A stretch of DNA of 64,000 nucleotides from the human T2T-CHM13v2.0 reference genome, Homo sapiens. Shown piece by piece: positions 1 through 12,500 of this stretch; position 1 is the first letter of the stretch, and each line of letters begins with the position of its first letter. Position numbers and translations under genes: made by a program. Location of the stretch: assembly GCF_009914755.1 (NCBI RefSeq), contig NC_060947.1; one strand, 5' to 3'. Under the pieces are notes generated by a model that saw only the letters and a list, made by a program, of their open reading frames with translations, had not been told where the DNA came from and ran no database searches.

Positions 1-505
1 ATAAGATTTTTTGAAAATGCTTCCACAAATGAGATAGTAGGTATTTTACTTTCAATTCATGTGTTTGTGAATGTTTAATATTTATTATTAGAAAGAAAGA
101 GGGTTTAATGGAAATTAACAGCAAGAAGGAGAGGGTATTGGGACACTAGTAAGCATGGCCTTTGAAAAGATCTAATATGGATTCTATTTAAGTATGCTTC
201 ATTTACAGAGGATTCACAATAAAATTCTGTTAATTTTAATCTAACAAGTACATGACAGGAATGAATAAATGAGCAGATAAGTCATTGAGGAAAGAGCAAG
301 CAGGAGACTCATGCCCAAGTTTCAAAAATAAATAAAGATTTACAGTATTCAAAAATCTTTCACCAAAACGTAGTTTCTTATGAGTCTTAAGTCTTTAAAA
401 TATAAAATGCTACATTTCCAGACATATCCTTCACTAAAGATGTTTTTTTTTCATCACAAGTAAATGTGGAAGTTTTTTCCTCCTTGAAATCATGCAATAT
501 TTTCA

Positions 506-922
<417 letters not shown>

Positions 923-1075
923 TTAAAAGAGCATGCTTTATGGCAGATCTGTATTATCCATGATGCCTTTACAGTTCTTAAATATTTTAATTATAAAATA
1001 GATTACTAAGACACAAAGCTTTGCAAATGTTTGTAACTTGGATATAAAAATACTACCACCTTTTATGATTGCTTT

Positions 1076-2051
1076 CAATTTTTACTTTTCATTATTTTGG
1101 GTATATAATAGTTGTGAATATTTATGTTGCACATGCAATTTTTACAGCATGGGAAAATGTGTAATGATGAAATCAAGGTAATTATGGTATACATCATCTT
1201 AAGCATTTATCATTTTTTGTTTAGGAACATTCCAATTCCACCCTTTCAGTTACTGTAAAATATAAAATAAACTATTGTTAACTATAGTCAACCTATTGTG
1301 CTACCAGACACTAGATCTTATTCATTCTACCTAACTGTAGAATGCATTACCCATTAACCATCCACATTTAGCCCCCCACTTCTTGCTATGAATCCCAGAT
1401 TCTGGCTGGTAACCATCATTCTACTCTTTATATCCATGAGTTTGATTTTATTTTTAGGTCCTCAATAAAACTGAAAACGTGATGTTTCTGTTACTGTGCT
1501 TGGAGTATTTCATTTACCGTAATGTCCTCCAGTTTTATCTGTGTTTTTGCAAATGACAGGATTTCATTCTTTATTATGGCTCAGTAGTATTTCATTGTGT
1601 GTATATACTATATTTTCTTTACCCATTAATTCACTGATGGACATGTAGGTTGATTTCTTATCTTGGATACTGTGAATTTTGCTCCAACGAACATGGGCAT
1701 GAAGACATTTCTTTAATAAATTGATATAATTTATTTGAGATATATACCCAGCAGTGGGATTTCTGGATTGTATCGTAGTTCTATTTTTAATTGTTTGAAG
1801 AACTTCCATAGTGGCTATACTAATTTACATTCCCACCAACAGTGTACAAGGGTCCCCCTTTCTCTGCATCCTCACCAGCATTTGTTATTGCCTGTGTTTT
1901 GGATAAAAGCCATTTTAACTGGGGTGAGATTATATCTCATTGCAGGTTTTATTTGTATTTATTTAATGATTAGTGATGTTGAGCAGTTTTAAATAGACTT
2001 GTTGGCTATTTATTTGTCTTCTTTCGAGAAATGTGTTTTCAAATCTTTTGC
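1076..2051 (-). mobile_element. L1MA3/4-like LINE-1, 3' end (segment 1 of a split element)
   Basis: Reverse-complemented L1MA 3'UTR and ORF2 C-terminal sequence; resumes in register at 9552. Confidence 0.88.
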
Positions 2052-2061
2052 TTTTTTTTTT

Positions 2062-2456
2062 AATATGCAGGGATTTTATTAGGGAAATGCCTTTGAAAGA
2101 AAATAGCAAGGGAGCTAGAGAAGGTTGGAAGAGACATCAGATCATAGTGCAAGTCTGACCCCGGGTGAAAGAGACGGGACAGAGGTTGGGTGGAAGTGCC
2201 CTAGACTGTCATGCTGTGTAAGGAAGGTTTACAAGGCCATCAGGGAGTTCTTGAGCCAAAGTTGGCTGTTAGAGGAGTCTCACATCTCCCAGGAAAGGGC
2301 TTGTCTTGGTATTCTTGCTGTTCTCAGACATTAGTTGGATGCAGTTCATGGTAAGCGTGGCCTCCGTGCAAATGCAATAACAGATTTTCAGGAACCTCTT
2401 GGGATTTTGGTCAATTCCCCTGGAGGTCTATCAGGTGCATTTTCTTGGTCACCACA
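2062..2456 (-). mobile_element. ERVL LTR (LTR41/LTR33-like), truncated just after its polyadenylation signal
   Basis: Minus strand begins TGTGG at 2456; resembles remembered LTR41-type sequence (GCAAGTCTGACCC, AAAGTTGGCTGTTAGAGGAGTC, AGCGTGGCCTC); minus-strand AATAAA at ~2075-2080. Confidence 0.65.
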
Positions 2457-2509
2457 AATGGGATCAGCACAATAACTGGAATAGAGCAAGTCTCCATTTT
2501 GCTAGTTAC

Positions 2510-2695
2510 TAATTATTTACTTACATACTTCTACATTTAGGGTGTTGCTGATTTGTAGTTTCATAAATAGTGCTGCTTTGAGCATTGACATAATTGTTTC
2601 CTTAGGATAAATTTTTGGAATTGGAATCGTGGGGCAAAAGGATGTGAACATTTCACATTCTTTATACACGGTTGCAAATTGCCCTTCTGAAAGGT
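2510..2695 (-). mobile_element. Ancient L1ME-type fragment
   Basis: Degenerate AATAGTGCTGC...TTCCTTAGGATAAATT...GGAATTG...GCAAATTGCCCTTC motif string typical of old L1 3' regions. Confidence 0.55.
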
Positions 2696-3299
2696 AAGAC
2701 CCATTCATTATGACCCCTGTCCCTCATGGAGTAGAAGGTGCCTGCTTTCCCTACTCATTTGAGGTGCTTCCATGTTCCAGGCATATAAAAGGTCATGCTG
2801 TGCAATGCAGAGGACAGGTGGAATTCATGACACAAGCTGGTGGGAAAAGGAAGACAGAATGATTACAGTACAGTGTGGAATGATTTATATATGGGCTTAG
2901 CTTGACTGAGATGGTTAGTTTGGGAGAGTGGCATGGATGACCTGGACACAACAGAGGGAAGGCTTTACCTCATAACCTCCTCATGCCATCCATATGTTGG
3001 GGAGATCTTGTGTGTTTCCTGTAAGAGGCATTCTAGCCATAGTGTCAGATACTGAGCTTTATGGGAAAGCCTATGAATACCTTGCCCACTGCTAAATTTC
3101 TTTTTTTTTTTTTTCTTTTAAGTTCTGGGATACATGGGCAGAACGTGGAGGTTTGTTACATAGATATACGTGTGCCATGGTGGTTTGCTGCACCTACTGA
3201 CCCATCATCTAAGTTCCCTCCCCTTGCCCCCCACCCCCCAACAGGCCCTGGTGTGTGTTGTTCCCCTCTCTGTGTCCATGTGTTATCATTGTTCAACTC

Positions 3300-6200
3300 C
3301 TACTTATGAGTGAGAACACACTGTTTGGTTTCCTGTTCCTGTGTTAGTTTGCTAAGGATGATGGTTTCCAGCTTCATCCGTGTCCTCACAAAGGACATGA
3401 TCTCATTCCTTTTTACGGCTGCATAGTATTCCATGGTATATATGTACCACATTTTCTTTACCCAGTCTATCATTGATGGGCATCTGGGCTGGTTCCATGT
3501 CTTTGCTATTGTAAATAGTGCTGCAATAAACATACGTGTGCATGTGTCTTTATAGTAGATGATTTATATTCCTTTGGGTATATACCCAGTAATAGGGTTG
3601 CTGGGTCAAATGGTATTTCTGGTTCTAGATCCTTGAGGAATTACCATACTGTCTTCCACAATGGTTGAACTAATTTACATTCTCACCAACAGTGTAAAAG
3701 CATTCTTATTTCTCCATAGCCTCGCCAGCATCTGTTCTTTCTTCACTTGTTAATAATCGCCATTCTAAATGGCGTGAGATGGTATCTCACTGTGGTTTTG
3801 ATTTGCATTTCTCTAATGATCAATGATGTTGAGCTTTTTTCATGTTTGTTGGCCACATAAATGTCTTCTTTTGAGAAGTGTCTGTTCATATCCTTCACCC
3901 ACTTTTTGATGGGGTTGTTTGTTTTTTCTTGTAAATTTGTTTAAGTTCCTTGTAAATTCTGGATATTAGACCTTTGACAGATGGGTAGATTGCAAAAATT
4001 TTCTCCCATTCTGTAGGTTCCCTGTTCACTCTGATGATGGTTTCTTTTACTGTACAGAAACTCTTTAGTTTAATTAGATCCCATTTGTCAATTTTGGCTT
4101 TTGTTGCAATTGCTTTTGGCATTTTCATCATGAAGTCTTTGCCCATGCCTATGCCCTGAATGGTATTGCCTAGGTTTTCTTCTAGGGTTTTTATGGTTTG
4201 GGTTTTTATATTTAAGTCTTTAATCCATCTTGAGTTAATTTTTATATAAGGTGTAAGGGGTCTCGTGTCAGTTTTCTGCCTAAGGCTAGCCAGTTTTCCC
4301 AGAACCATTTATTGAATAGGAGATCCTTTCCCCATTGCTTATTTTTGTCAGGTTTGTCAAAGATCAGATGGTTGTAGATGTGTGGTGTTATTTCTGAGGA
4401 CTCTGTTTTGTTCCATTGGTCTATATGTCTCTTTTGGTACCAGTACCATGCTGTTTTGGTTACTGTAGCCTTGTAGTATAGTTTGAAGTCAGGTAGCATG
4501 ATGCCTCCAGCTTTGTTCTTTTGTTTAGGATTGCCTTGGCTATATGGGGTCTTCTTTGATTCCAAATGAAATTTAAAGTAGTTTTTTATAATTCTTTGAA
4601 GAATGTCAATGGTTGTTTGATGGGAATAACATTTAATCTATAAATTATTTTGGGCAGTATGGCCATTTTCACAATATTGATTCTTCCAATTCATGAGGAT
4701 GGAATGTTTTTCTATTGGTTTGTGTCCTCTCTTATTTCCTTGAGCAGTGGTATGTAGTTATCCTTGAAGAGGTCCTTCACAGCTCTTGTTAGCTGTATTC
4801 CTAGGTATTTTATTCTCTTTTTAGCAATTGTGATTGGGAGCTCATTTATGATTTGGCTTTCTGCTTGCCTATTGTTGGTGTAAATAAATGCTTGTGATTT
4901 TTGCACCTTGATTTTGTATCCTGAGACTTTGCTGAAGTTGCTTATCAGTTTAAGGAGTTTTTGGATTGAGATGGTGGGGTTTTCTAAATATGAAATCCTG
5001 TCATCTGCAAAAAGGGACAATTTGACTTCCTCTCTTCCTATTTAAAAACCATTTATTTCTTTCTGTTGCCTGATTGACCTGGCTAGAACTTCCCATACTA
5101 TGTTGAATAGGAGTGGTAAGACACGGCATCCTTGTCTTGTACCAGTTGTCAAAGGGAATGCTTCCAGCTTTTGCCTATTCAATATGATACTGGCTCTGAG
5201 TTTGTCATAAATAGCTGTTATTATTTTGAGATATGTTCCATCAATACCTAGTTTATTGAGAGTTTTTAACATGAAGCGATGTTGAATTTTATCAAAGGAC
5301 TTTTCTGTATCTATTGAGATAATCATGTGGTTTTTGTCCTTGGTTCTGTTTATGTGATGGATTACATTTATTGATTTGTGTATGTTGAAGCAACCTTGCA
5401 TCCCAGGGATAAAGCCAACTTCATTGTGGTGGATAAGTTTTTTGATGTGCTGCTGGATTTGGTTTGCCAGTGTTTTATTGAGGATTTTTGCATCAATATT
5501 CATCAGGGATATTGGCCTGAAGTTTTCTTTTTTTGTTGTGTCTCTTTCTTGTTTTGGTATCAGGATGAGGCTGGCTTCATAAAATGAGTTAGGGAGGAGT
5601 CCCTCTTTTTCAATTGTTTGGAATAGTTTCTGAGGAAATGGTAGCAGCTCCTCTTTGTACCTCTGGCAGAATTCGCCTGTGAATTTGTCTGGTCCTGGGC
5701 TTTTTTTGATTGGTAGGCTATTAATTACTGCCTCAATTTCAATTTGATACTGGTCTATTCAGGGATTTGACTTCTTCCTGGTTGTCTTGGGAGGGTGAAT
5801 GTGTCCTGGAATTTATCCATTTCTTCTAGGTTTTCTAGTTTAGTTGCATAGAGGTGTTTATAGTATTTTCTGCTGGTAGTTTGTATTTCTGTGGGGTCAG
5901 TGGTGATTTCCCTGTTATTATTTTTTATTGTGTCTATCTGATTCTTCTCTCTTTTCTTCTTTATTAGTCTAGCTATTGGTCTATCTATTTTGTTAATTTT
6001 TTCCAAAAAAAAAAAAAAAAAAACAGCTCCTGGATTCATTGATTTTTTTTTTTGGAGGATTTTTTGTTTCTCTTCTTCAATTCTGCCCTGATGTTAGTTA
6101 TTTTTTGTCTTCTGCTAGCTTTTGGGTTTGTTTGCTCTTGCCTCTCTAGTTCTTTTAATTGTGATGTCAGGGTGTTGATTGGAGATCTTTCTAGCTTTCT

Positions 6201-7100
6201 GATACGGGCATTTAGTGCTATAAATTTCCCTCAGCACTGCTTTATTTATGTCCCAGAGATTCTGGTATGTTGTCCCTTTGTTCTCATTGGTTTCAAAGAA
6301 GTTCTTCATTTCTGCCATAATTTCGTTATTTACCCAGGAGTCATTCAGGAGCAGGTTGTTCAGTTTCCATGTAATTGCGTGGTTTTGAGTGAGTTTCTTA
6401 ATCCTGAGTTTTAATTTGATTGCACTGTGGTCTGAGAGACTGTTTGTTGTAATTTCAGTTCTTTTGCATTTGCTGAGGAGTGTTTTATTTCGAATTATGT
6501 GGTTGATTTTAGAATAAGCGCCATGTGGCACTGAAAAGAATGTATATTCTGTTGATTTGGGGTGGAGAGTTCTGTAGATGTTTATTAGGTCCACTTGATC
6601 CAGAGTTGAGTTAAAATTCTGAATAACCTTGTTAATTTTCTGTCCTGTTGATCTGTCTAATATTGACAGTGGGGTGTTAAAATCTCCCACTATTATTGTG
6701 TGGGAGTGTAAGTCTCTTTGTAGGTCTCTAAGACCTTTGTATGAATCTGGGTGCTCATATATTTAGAATAGTTAGCTCTTCTCACTGAATTGTTCCCTTT
6801 ACCATTATGTAATGCCCTTTTTTGTCTTTTTAAAAAATCTTTGTTGGTTTAAAACCTGTTTTGTCAGAGACTGGGATTGCAACCCCTGCTTTTTTTTGTT
6901 TTCTTTTCATTTGCTTGGTAAATTTTCCTTTATCCCTTTATTTTGAGCAAATGTGTGTCTTTGCATGTGAGATGTGTCTCCTGAATACAGCATACTGATG
7001 GGTCTTGACTGTTTCTCCAGTGTGCCAGTCTGTGTCTTTTAATTGGGGCATTTAGTCCCTTTACATTTAAGTTTAGTATTGTTATGTGTGAATTTGATCC
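3300..7100 (-). pseudogene. L1 ORF2 (endonuclease/reverse transcriptase) remnant, frameshifted
   Basis: Fragmented ORFs 6115-6690 (EN), 5042-5503 and 4712-5020 (RT, FADD motif), 3895-4565 and 3300-3533. Confidence 0.93.
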
Positions 7101-7169
7101 CGTCATCATGATGCTATCTGGTTATTTTGCCCGCTAGTTGATGCAGTTTCTTCATAGTGTCATTGGTCT

Positions 7170-8203
7170 TTATATTTTGGTGAGTTTTTGTAGTAGCTGG
7201 TACCATTTTTTTCTTTCCACATTTAGTGCTTCTTTTAGGAGCTCTTGCAAGGCAGTCCTGGTGGTAACAAAATCCCTCAGCATTTGCTTTTCTGGAAAGG
7301 ATTTTATTTCTCCTTCATTTATGAAGCTTAGTTTGGCTGGATATGAAATTCTGAGTTGGAAATTCTTTTCTTTAAGAATGTTGAATATTGGCCCCCAATC
7401 TCTTCTGGCCTGTAGAGTTTCTGCTAAGAGATCCTCTTCTAGTCTGATAGGCTTTCCTTTGTAGGTGACCTGGCCTTTCTCCCTGGTTGCGCTTGACATT
7501 TTTTCCTTCATTTTGACTTTGGAGAATCTGGTGATTATTTGTCTTGGGGTTGATCTTCTCACTGAGTATCTTAGTGGTGTTCTCTATATTTCCTGAATTC
7601 ACATATTGCCTTGTCTTGCTAGTTTGGGGAACTTTTCCTGGGTAATATCCTGAAGTGTGCTTTTCAGCTTGTTTCCATTCTTCCCGTCTCCTTCAGGTAC
7701 TTCAATCAATCGTAGGTTCAGTCTTTTTACGAAGTCCAATATTTCTTGGAGGCTTTGTTCATTCCTTTTCGTTTTTGTTTGTTTGTTTGTTTGTTTTGTT
7801 TTGTTTCTCTAGTCTTGTCTGCATGCCTTACCTCAGCAAGGTGGTCTTCAAACTCTGATATCCTTTCTTCTGCTTGGTCAATTTGGCTATTGATACTTGC
7901 GTATACTTCACAAAGTTATTGCGCTGTGTTTTTCAGCTCCATCAAGTCATTTATGTTTCTCTTTAAACTGGTTATTCTAGCTATCAGCTTTTCTAACCTT
8001 TTATCAAGGTTCTTAGCTTCTTAGCATTGGTTTAGAACATGGTCCTTTAGCTCAGCGTAGTTTTTTATTACCATTACCCATCTTTTGAAGCCTACTTCTG
8101 TCAATTCGTCCATTTCATCCTCCGTCCAGTTCTGCGCCCTTGCTGGAGAGATGTTGCAATCATTCAGAAGAGAAGAGGCAATCTGGCCTTTTGGGTTTTC
8201 CAC
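7170..8203 (-). pseudogene. L1 ORF1 remnant
   Basis: ORF 7170-7562 contains RRSTPRQII...YKGKPIRL...RISYPAKLSF...ALQELLKEAL; N-terminal piece 8021-8203 contains ELTEVGFKRWV. Confidence 0.92.
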
Positions 8204-9551
8204 ATTTTTTTGTTGATTCTTTCTTTGTCATCTTCATGAGTTTGTCTGGTTTGGATCTTTGAGGCTGCTGATCCTTTGATGGGTTTTTTTGGGGGGCTTT
8301 TTTGTTATTGTTGATGCTGTTGTTGCTGCTTTCTGTTTGTTTGTTTTTCATTCAATGGACAGATCCCTCTTCTGTAGGGCTGCTGTGGTTTGCTGGGGTT
8401 CACTTGAGGCTCTATTCATTTGGTTCACTCCCGTGCCTGGAGATGTCACTCAAGGTGGCTGGAGGACAGCAAAGATGGGTGCCTGCTCCTTCTGCTGAGA
8501 TATCTGACCTCGAGGGGCACCAAACTGGTGCCAGTAGGATCACTCCTGTATAGGGTGTCTGACAATCCCTGTTGGAGGGTCTCACCCAGTTGGGTGGCAT
8601 GGGGAGCAGGACCTGTTTAACAAAGCACTTTGACTGTCCCTTGCTGGAGGGGCTGTGCTTCGCTGGGGCAAAACCCACTTGTCTGGGCTGCCTGCATTCC
8701 TCTGAACTACCAGGAGGAAAGGCTAAGTCTGCCGGTCCACAGAGACTGTGGCCACTGCTTCCCCTAGGGGCTCAGGCCAAGGGAGATCTGGGTTCTGTTC
8801 CTGAGTCTCCGGCTGGAGTTATTGGAGTTCTGCAGGGAAGCCCTGCCCAGTGAAGAAGCATGAGTCAGGGTCAGGCCTGAAGAGGCACTCTGACCACAGT
8901 TTGCCACAGCTGGTGTGTTGGGCTGCGGGGGGACACATCTTGGTACCAAGTCATGCAGCCTCCCTGGCTCCAGCAGGCGAAAAGCATGGCCTGGAGCTAT
9001 AGAGATGGGTGCTGCCCTTCCCCCACCCAGGAAGCTTAGCATGTTAGGCAATTGTGAGTCCCAGTGCCAGGTGCTGCCCTGCCCCCAGTGAGCTCAAAGG
9101 GCTTAGACAGCAGGCAGCTGCACCTGTGGGGCTGGTCGCTGCTCCCCCAGAAAGCTCAGTAGGCTTAAGTGGATTCCAGCTGAGTGACTGTTGAGAATCT
9201 GCATGGCTCCGGGGTTGGGACACTAGGCCCCAGTGGCATGGGTTTGCGAGTGGGATCCTCCTGTCCGTGGAAGAAGCTTGGTTTCCCTGACTGGGTAGCA
9301 TGCTCACTCACCTCTCCCTTGGCTGGGGGTTGGGGGCTCCCTTGCCCCATGTGGCTCTCAGGTGGGCCGCTGCACCACACTGCTCTTCCTTTCTCTCTGT
9401 GGATCACGCCAGCCTCCTAGTCAGTTCTGATGAGAGAACCTGGATACTTTGGTGGCCAGTGCAGGATTCACACGTTAATTGTGGTTCTTTTCGATGGGAG
9501 CCTCTGATCGCTGCTGTTTCCAGTTGGCTGTCTTGGCCCTGCCTACCCCTG

Positions 9552-12500
9552 TGCTTTTTTTTTAACCAGATTTTTTTTCCTATTGAGTTGTTTGAGCTCC
9601 TTATATATCCTGATTATAAATCCCTTGTCTGATGGGTAGTTTGCAAATACTTTCATTCTGTCGGTTGTCTTATTACTTGGTTATTTCTTTTGTTGTTCAG
9701 AAGCTTTTTAGCTTGATATGATCTCATTTGTGCATTCTTGTTTTGGTTGCATGTGCTTTTGACATTTTACTCAAGAAATCATTGCCCAGATGAATGTCCA
9801 GTAGTGTTTCCCCAATGTTTTTTTTTCAACAGTTTCATAGTTTTGGGTCTAAGACTTATGTCTTTAATCAGTGTTTTGATTTTTGCATATGGTGAGAGAT
9901 GGGATCTATTTTCATTTTTCTGCATATGGCAATCCAATTTTCCCAGCACCGTTTATTGAATAGGGTTTCTTTAACACAGTGTATGTTTTGTCACTTTCAT
10001 CGAAGATCAGTTGGCTGTAGGTATGTGACCTTATTTCTGGGTTTTGTATTCTTTTCAATTGGTCAATGGGTCTGTTTTTACGCCAGTACCACATTGATTT
10101 TGTTACTATAGCTTTGTCATGTAATTTAAAGGCAAGTGATGGAATGCCTCTAGTTTTGTTCTTTTTGTTCAGGATTACTTTGGCTGTTTGGTGTGGTTCC
10201 ATATAAATTTTAGGATTTTTTTTCTCTGTGAATAATGTCATTAGTGTTTTCATAAGGATTACATTGAATGTGTAAATAACTTTGCATTCTATGGGCATTT
10301 AAACAATATTGATTCTTCCAATTAAATGAACTTGGAATATCTTTCCATTCTTTTGTGTTCTGCTCAGTTTCTTTTATCAATGTTTTATAATTTTCATTGT
10401 AAAGATCTTTCACACTTTTGATTATTTCTGGTTATTTTATTGCATTTGTAGCTATTGAAATGGGATTACTTTCTTGGTTTCTTTTTCAGATGATTCACTA
10501 TCGGCATATAGAAACGTAACTTGCTTTTGTATGTTGATTTTATATCCTGAAGCTTTACTGGATTTGTTTATTATTTCTAATAGTTTTTTGATCGAGTCAA
10601 AGTTTTTCCAAATATAAGATATTATCTACAAAAAAGAATAATTTTAATTCTTCCTTTCCAATTTAGATGCCTTTTATTTCTTTCTCTCACTTAATTTCTC
10701 TGCATATGACTTCCAGTATGATGTTAAATAAAAGTGATAACAGTGGACATGCTTGTCATGTTCCAGATAGTAGTGGAAAGGCTTTCAGTTTTTCCCCATT
10801 CAGAGTGATATTAGTTGTGGGTTTGCTGTATATGACTTTTAGCATGTTGAGGTATGTTCCTTCTATACTCAGGTTTTGAGAGCTGTATTATAAAGGATGT
10901 TGAATTTTATTGAATGCCTTTTCAGCATCAATTGAAATGTTCATGTGGTTTTTGTCCTTCATTCTTTTGATATGATATATGACATGTATTGATTTGGGTA
11001 TGTTGAACCATCCTTCCATTCCTGGGATAAAACCCACTTGATTGTGATTGATGATCTTTTTAATGTATTGTGGAATTTTGTTTGCTAGTATATTGTTGAG
11101 GATTTTTGCATCAATTTCATCAGAGATATTGGTCTGTAGTTTTCTTTTTTTGTTGTTGTTGTGTCTTGAAATAGTTTGAGTAGTATTGGTTTTAGTTTTT
11201 ATTTAAATGCTTGGTAAGAGTCAGCAGTGAAAGCATCAGGTCACGGGCTTCTCTTTGGTGGGAGACTTTTTATTACTGATTCTATCATCTCATTACTTAT
11301 TACTGATGTATTTAGCTTTTGGATTTTTCCACAGTTCAATCTTGGTAGGTTGTATGTGTCTAGAAAGGTATTAATTCCTCCAAGTTTTCCAACTTATTGG
11401 CATACAGTTGTTTATAATAATCTCTAATGATCCTTTGTGTGTCTGTGGTATCAGTTGTAATGTCTCCTTTTTCATTTTTGATTTTATGTGGGTCTTCTCT
11501 AATTTTGTTGATTTTTACAAAAAAACAACTTTTCACTTTCTTGATCTTTTGTGTGATATCTTCAGCCTCAATTTCATTTATTTCTGCTCTGATCTTTATT
11601 ATTTCTTTTCTTATACTAATTTTTGGTTTGGGTTTCTCTTGCTTTTCTATTTTTTAAAGATTCAATGTTAGGATTACTGACTATTTTTTTTTTACCTTTT
11701 GATGTAGATGTTCATTGCTATAAACGTGCCTTTTAGTACTGTTTTTGCTGTATCCCATAGATTTTGGCATTTTGTATTTTCATTTTCATTTGCTTTAATA
11801 ATATTTAAATTTTCTTCTTAATTTCCTCATTGACCCAGTGGTCATTCAGGAGTTTATTATTTAATTTCCATGTGTTTGTGAAGTTTACAGTGTTCCTCTT
11901 GTAACTAATTTCTAGTTTCATTCCATTGTATCAGAAATGATAATTAATGTTTTCAATTTTTTTAATCTGTTGAGACTTGTTTTGTGGCCTAACATATGGC
12001 CTATCCTTGAGAATGTTTCATGTGCTGAACAGAAGAATGTTTTCTGCAACTATTGGCTGAAATGTTCTGTAAATGTCTATTAGGTCTGTTTGGTCTATAG
12101 TGCAGATTAAATCTGATATTTCTTTGTTAATTTCTGTCTGGTTGATCTGTCCAATGCTGCAAGTGGGCTGTTTAATTCACTGAACTATTATTGTATTGGA
12201 GTCTGTCATTTTCTTTATCTCTAAAGAATATTTGCTTTATTTATCTGGGTACTCCAGTGTTGGGTGTATACATATTTTTAATTGTTATATCTTCTGGGCT
12301 AATTGACACTTTTATCATTATATAATGACCTTCTTTGTCTCTTTTTCCAGTTTTTATCTTAAAATCTATTTAATATTATATAAATAAATCCAATTCTGTT
12401 CTTTTTTGGTTTCCATTTGCATGGAATACCTTTTCACATTGCTTTATATTCAGTCTGTTTGTCATTATAAGTGACGTGAGTTCCCTGTAAGCAGGATATT

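Larger units (their letters stand above)
3097..9549 (-). mobile_element. Full-length L1PA8/L1PA10-like LINE-1 (5'UTR, ORF1, ORF2, 3'UTR, polyA), inactivated
   Basis: Poly(T) at ~3097-3119; ORF2 peptides ([36 protein letters not shown]); ORF1 peptides (RISYPAKLSF); 5' end GCCAAGACAGCC...GAAACAGC near 9549. Confidence 0.95.

Noticed and set aside
8289-9632. Many short ORFs on both strands
   Set aside because: Chance ORFs in the GC-rich L1PA 5'UTR. I cannot support an ORF0 call for this older subfamily.
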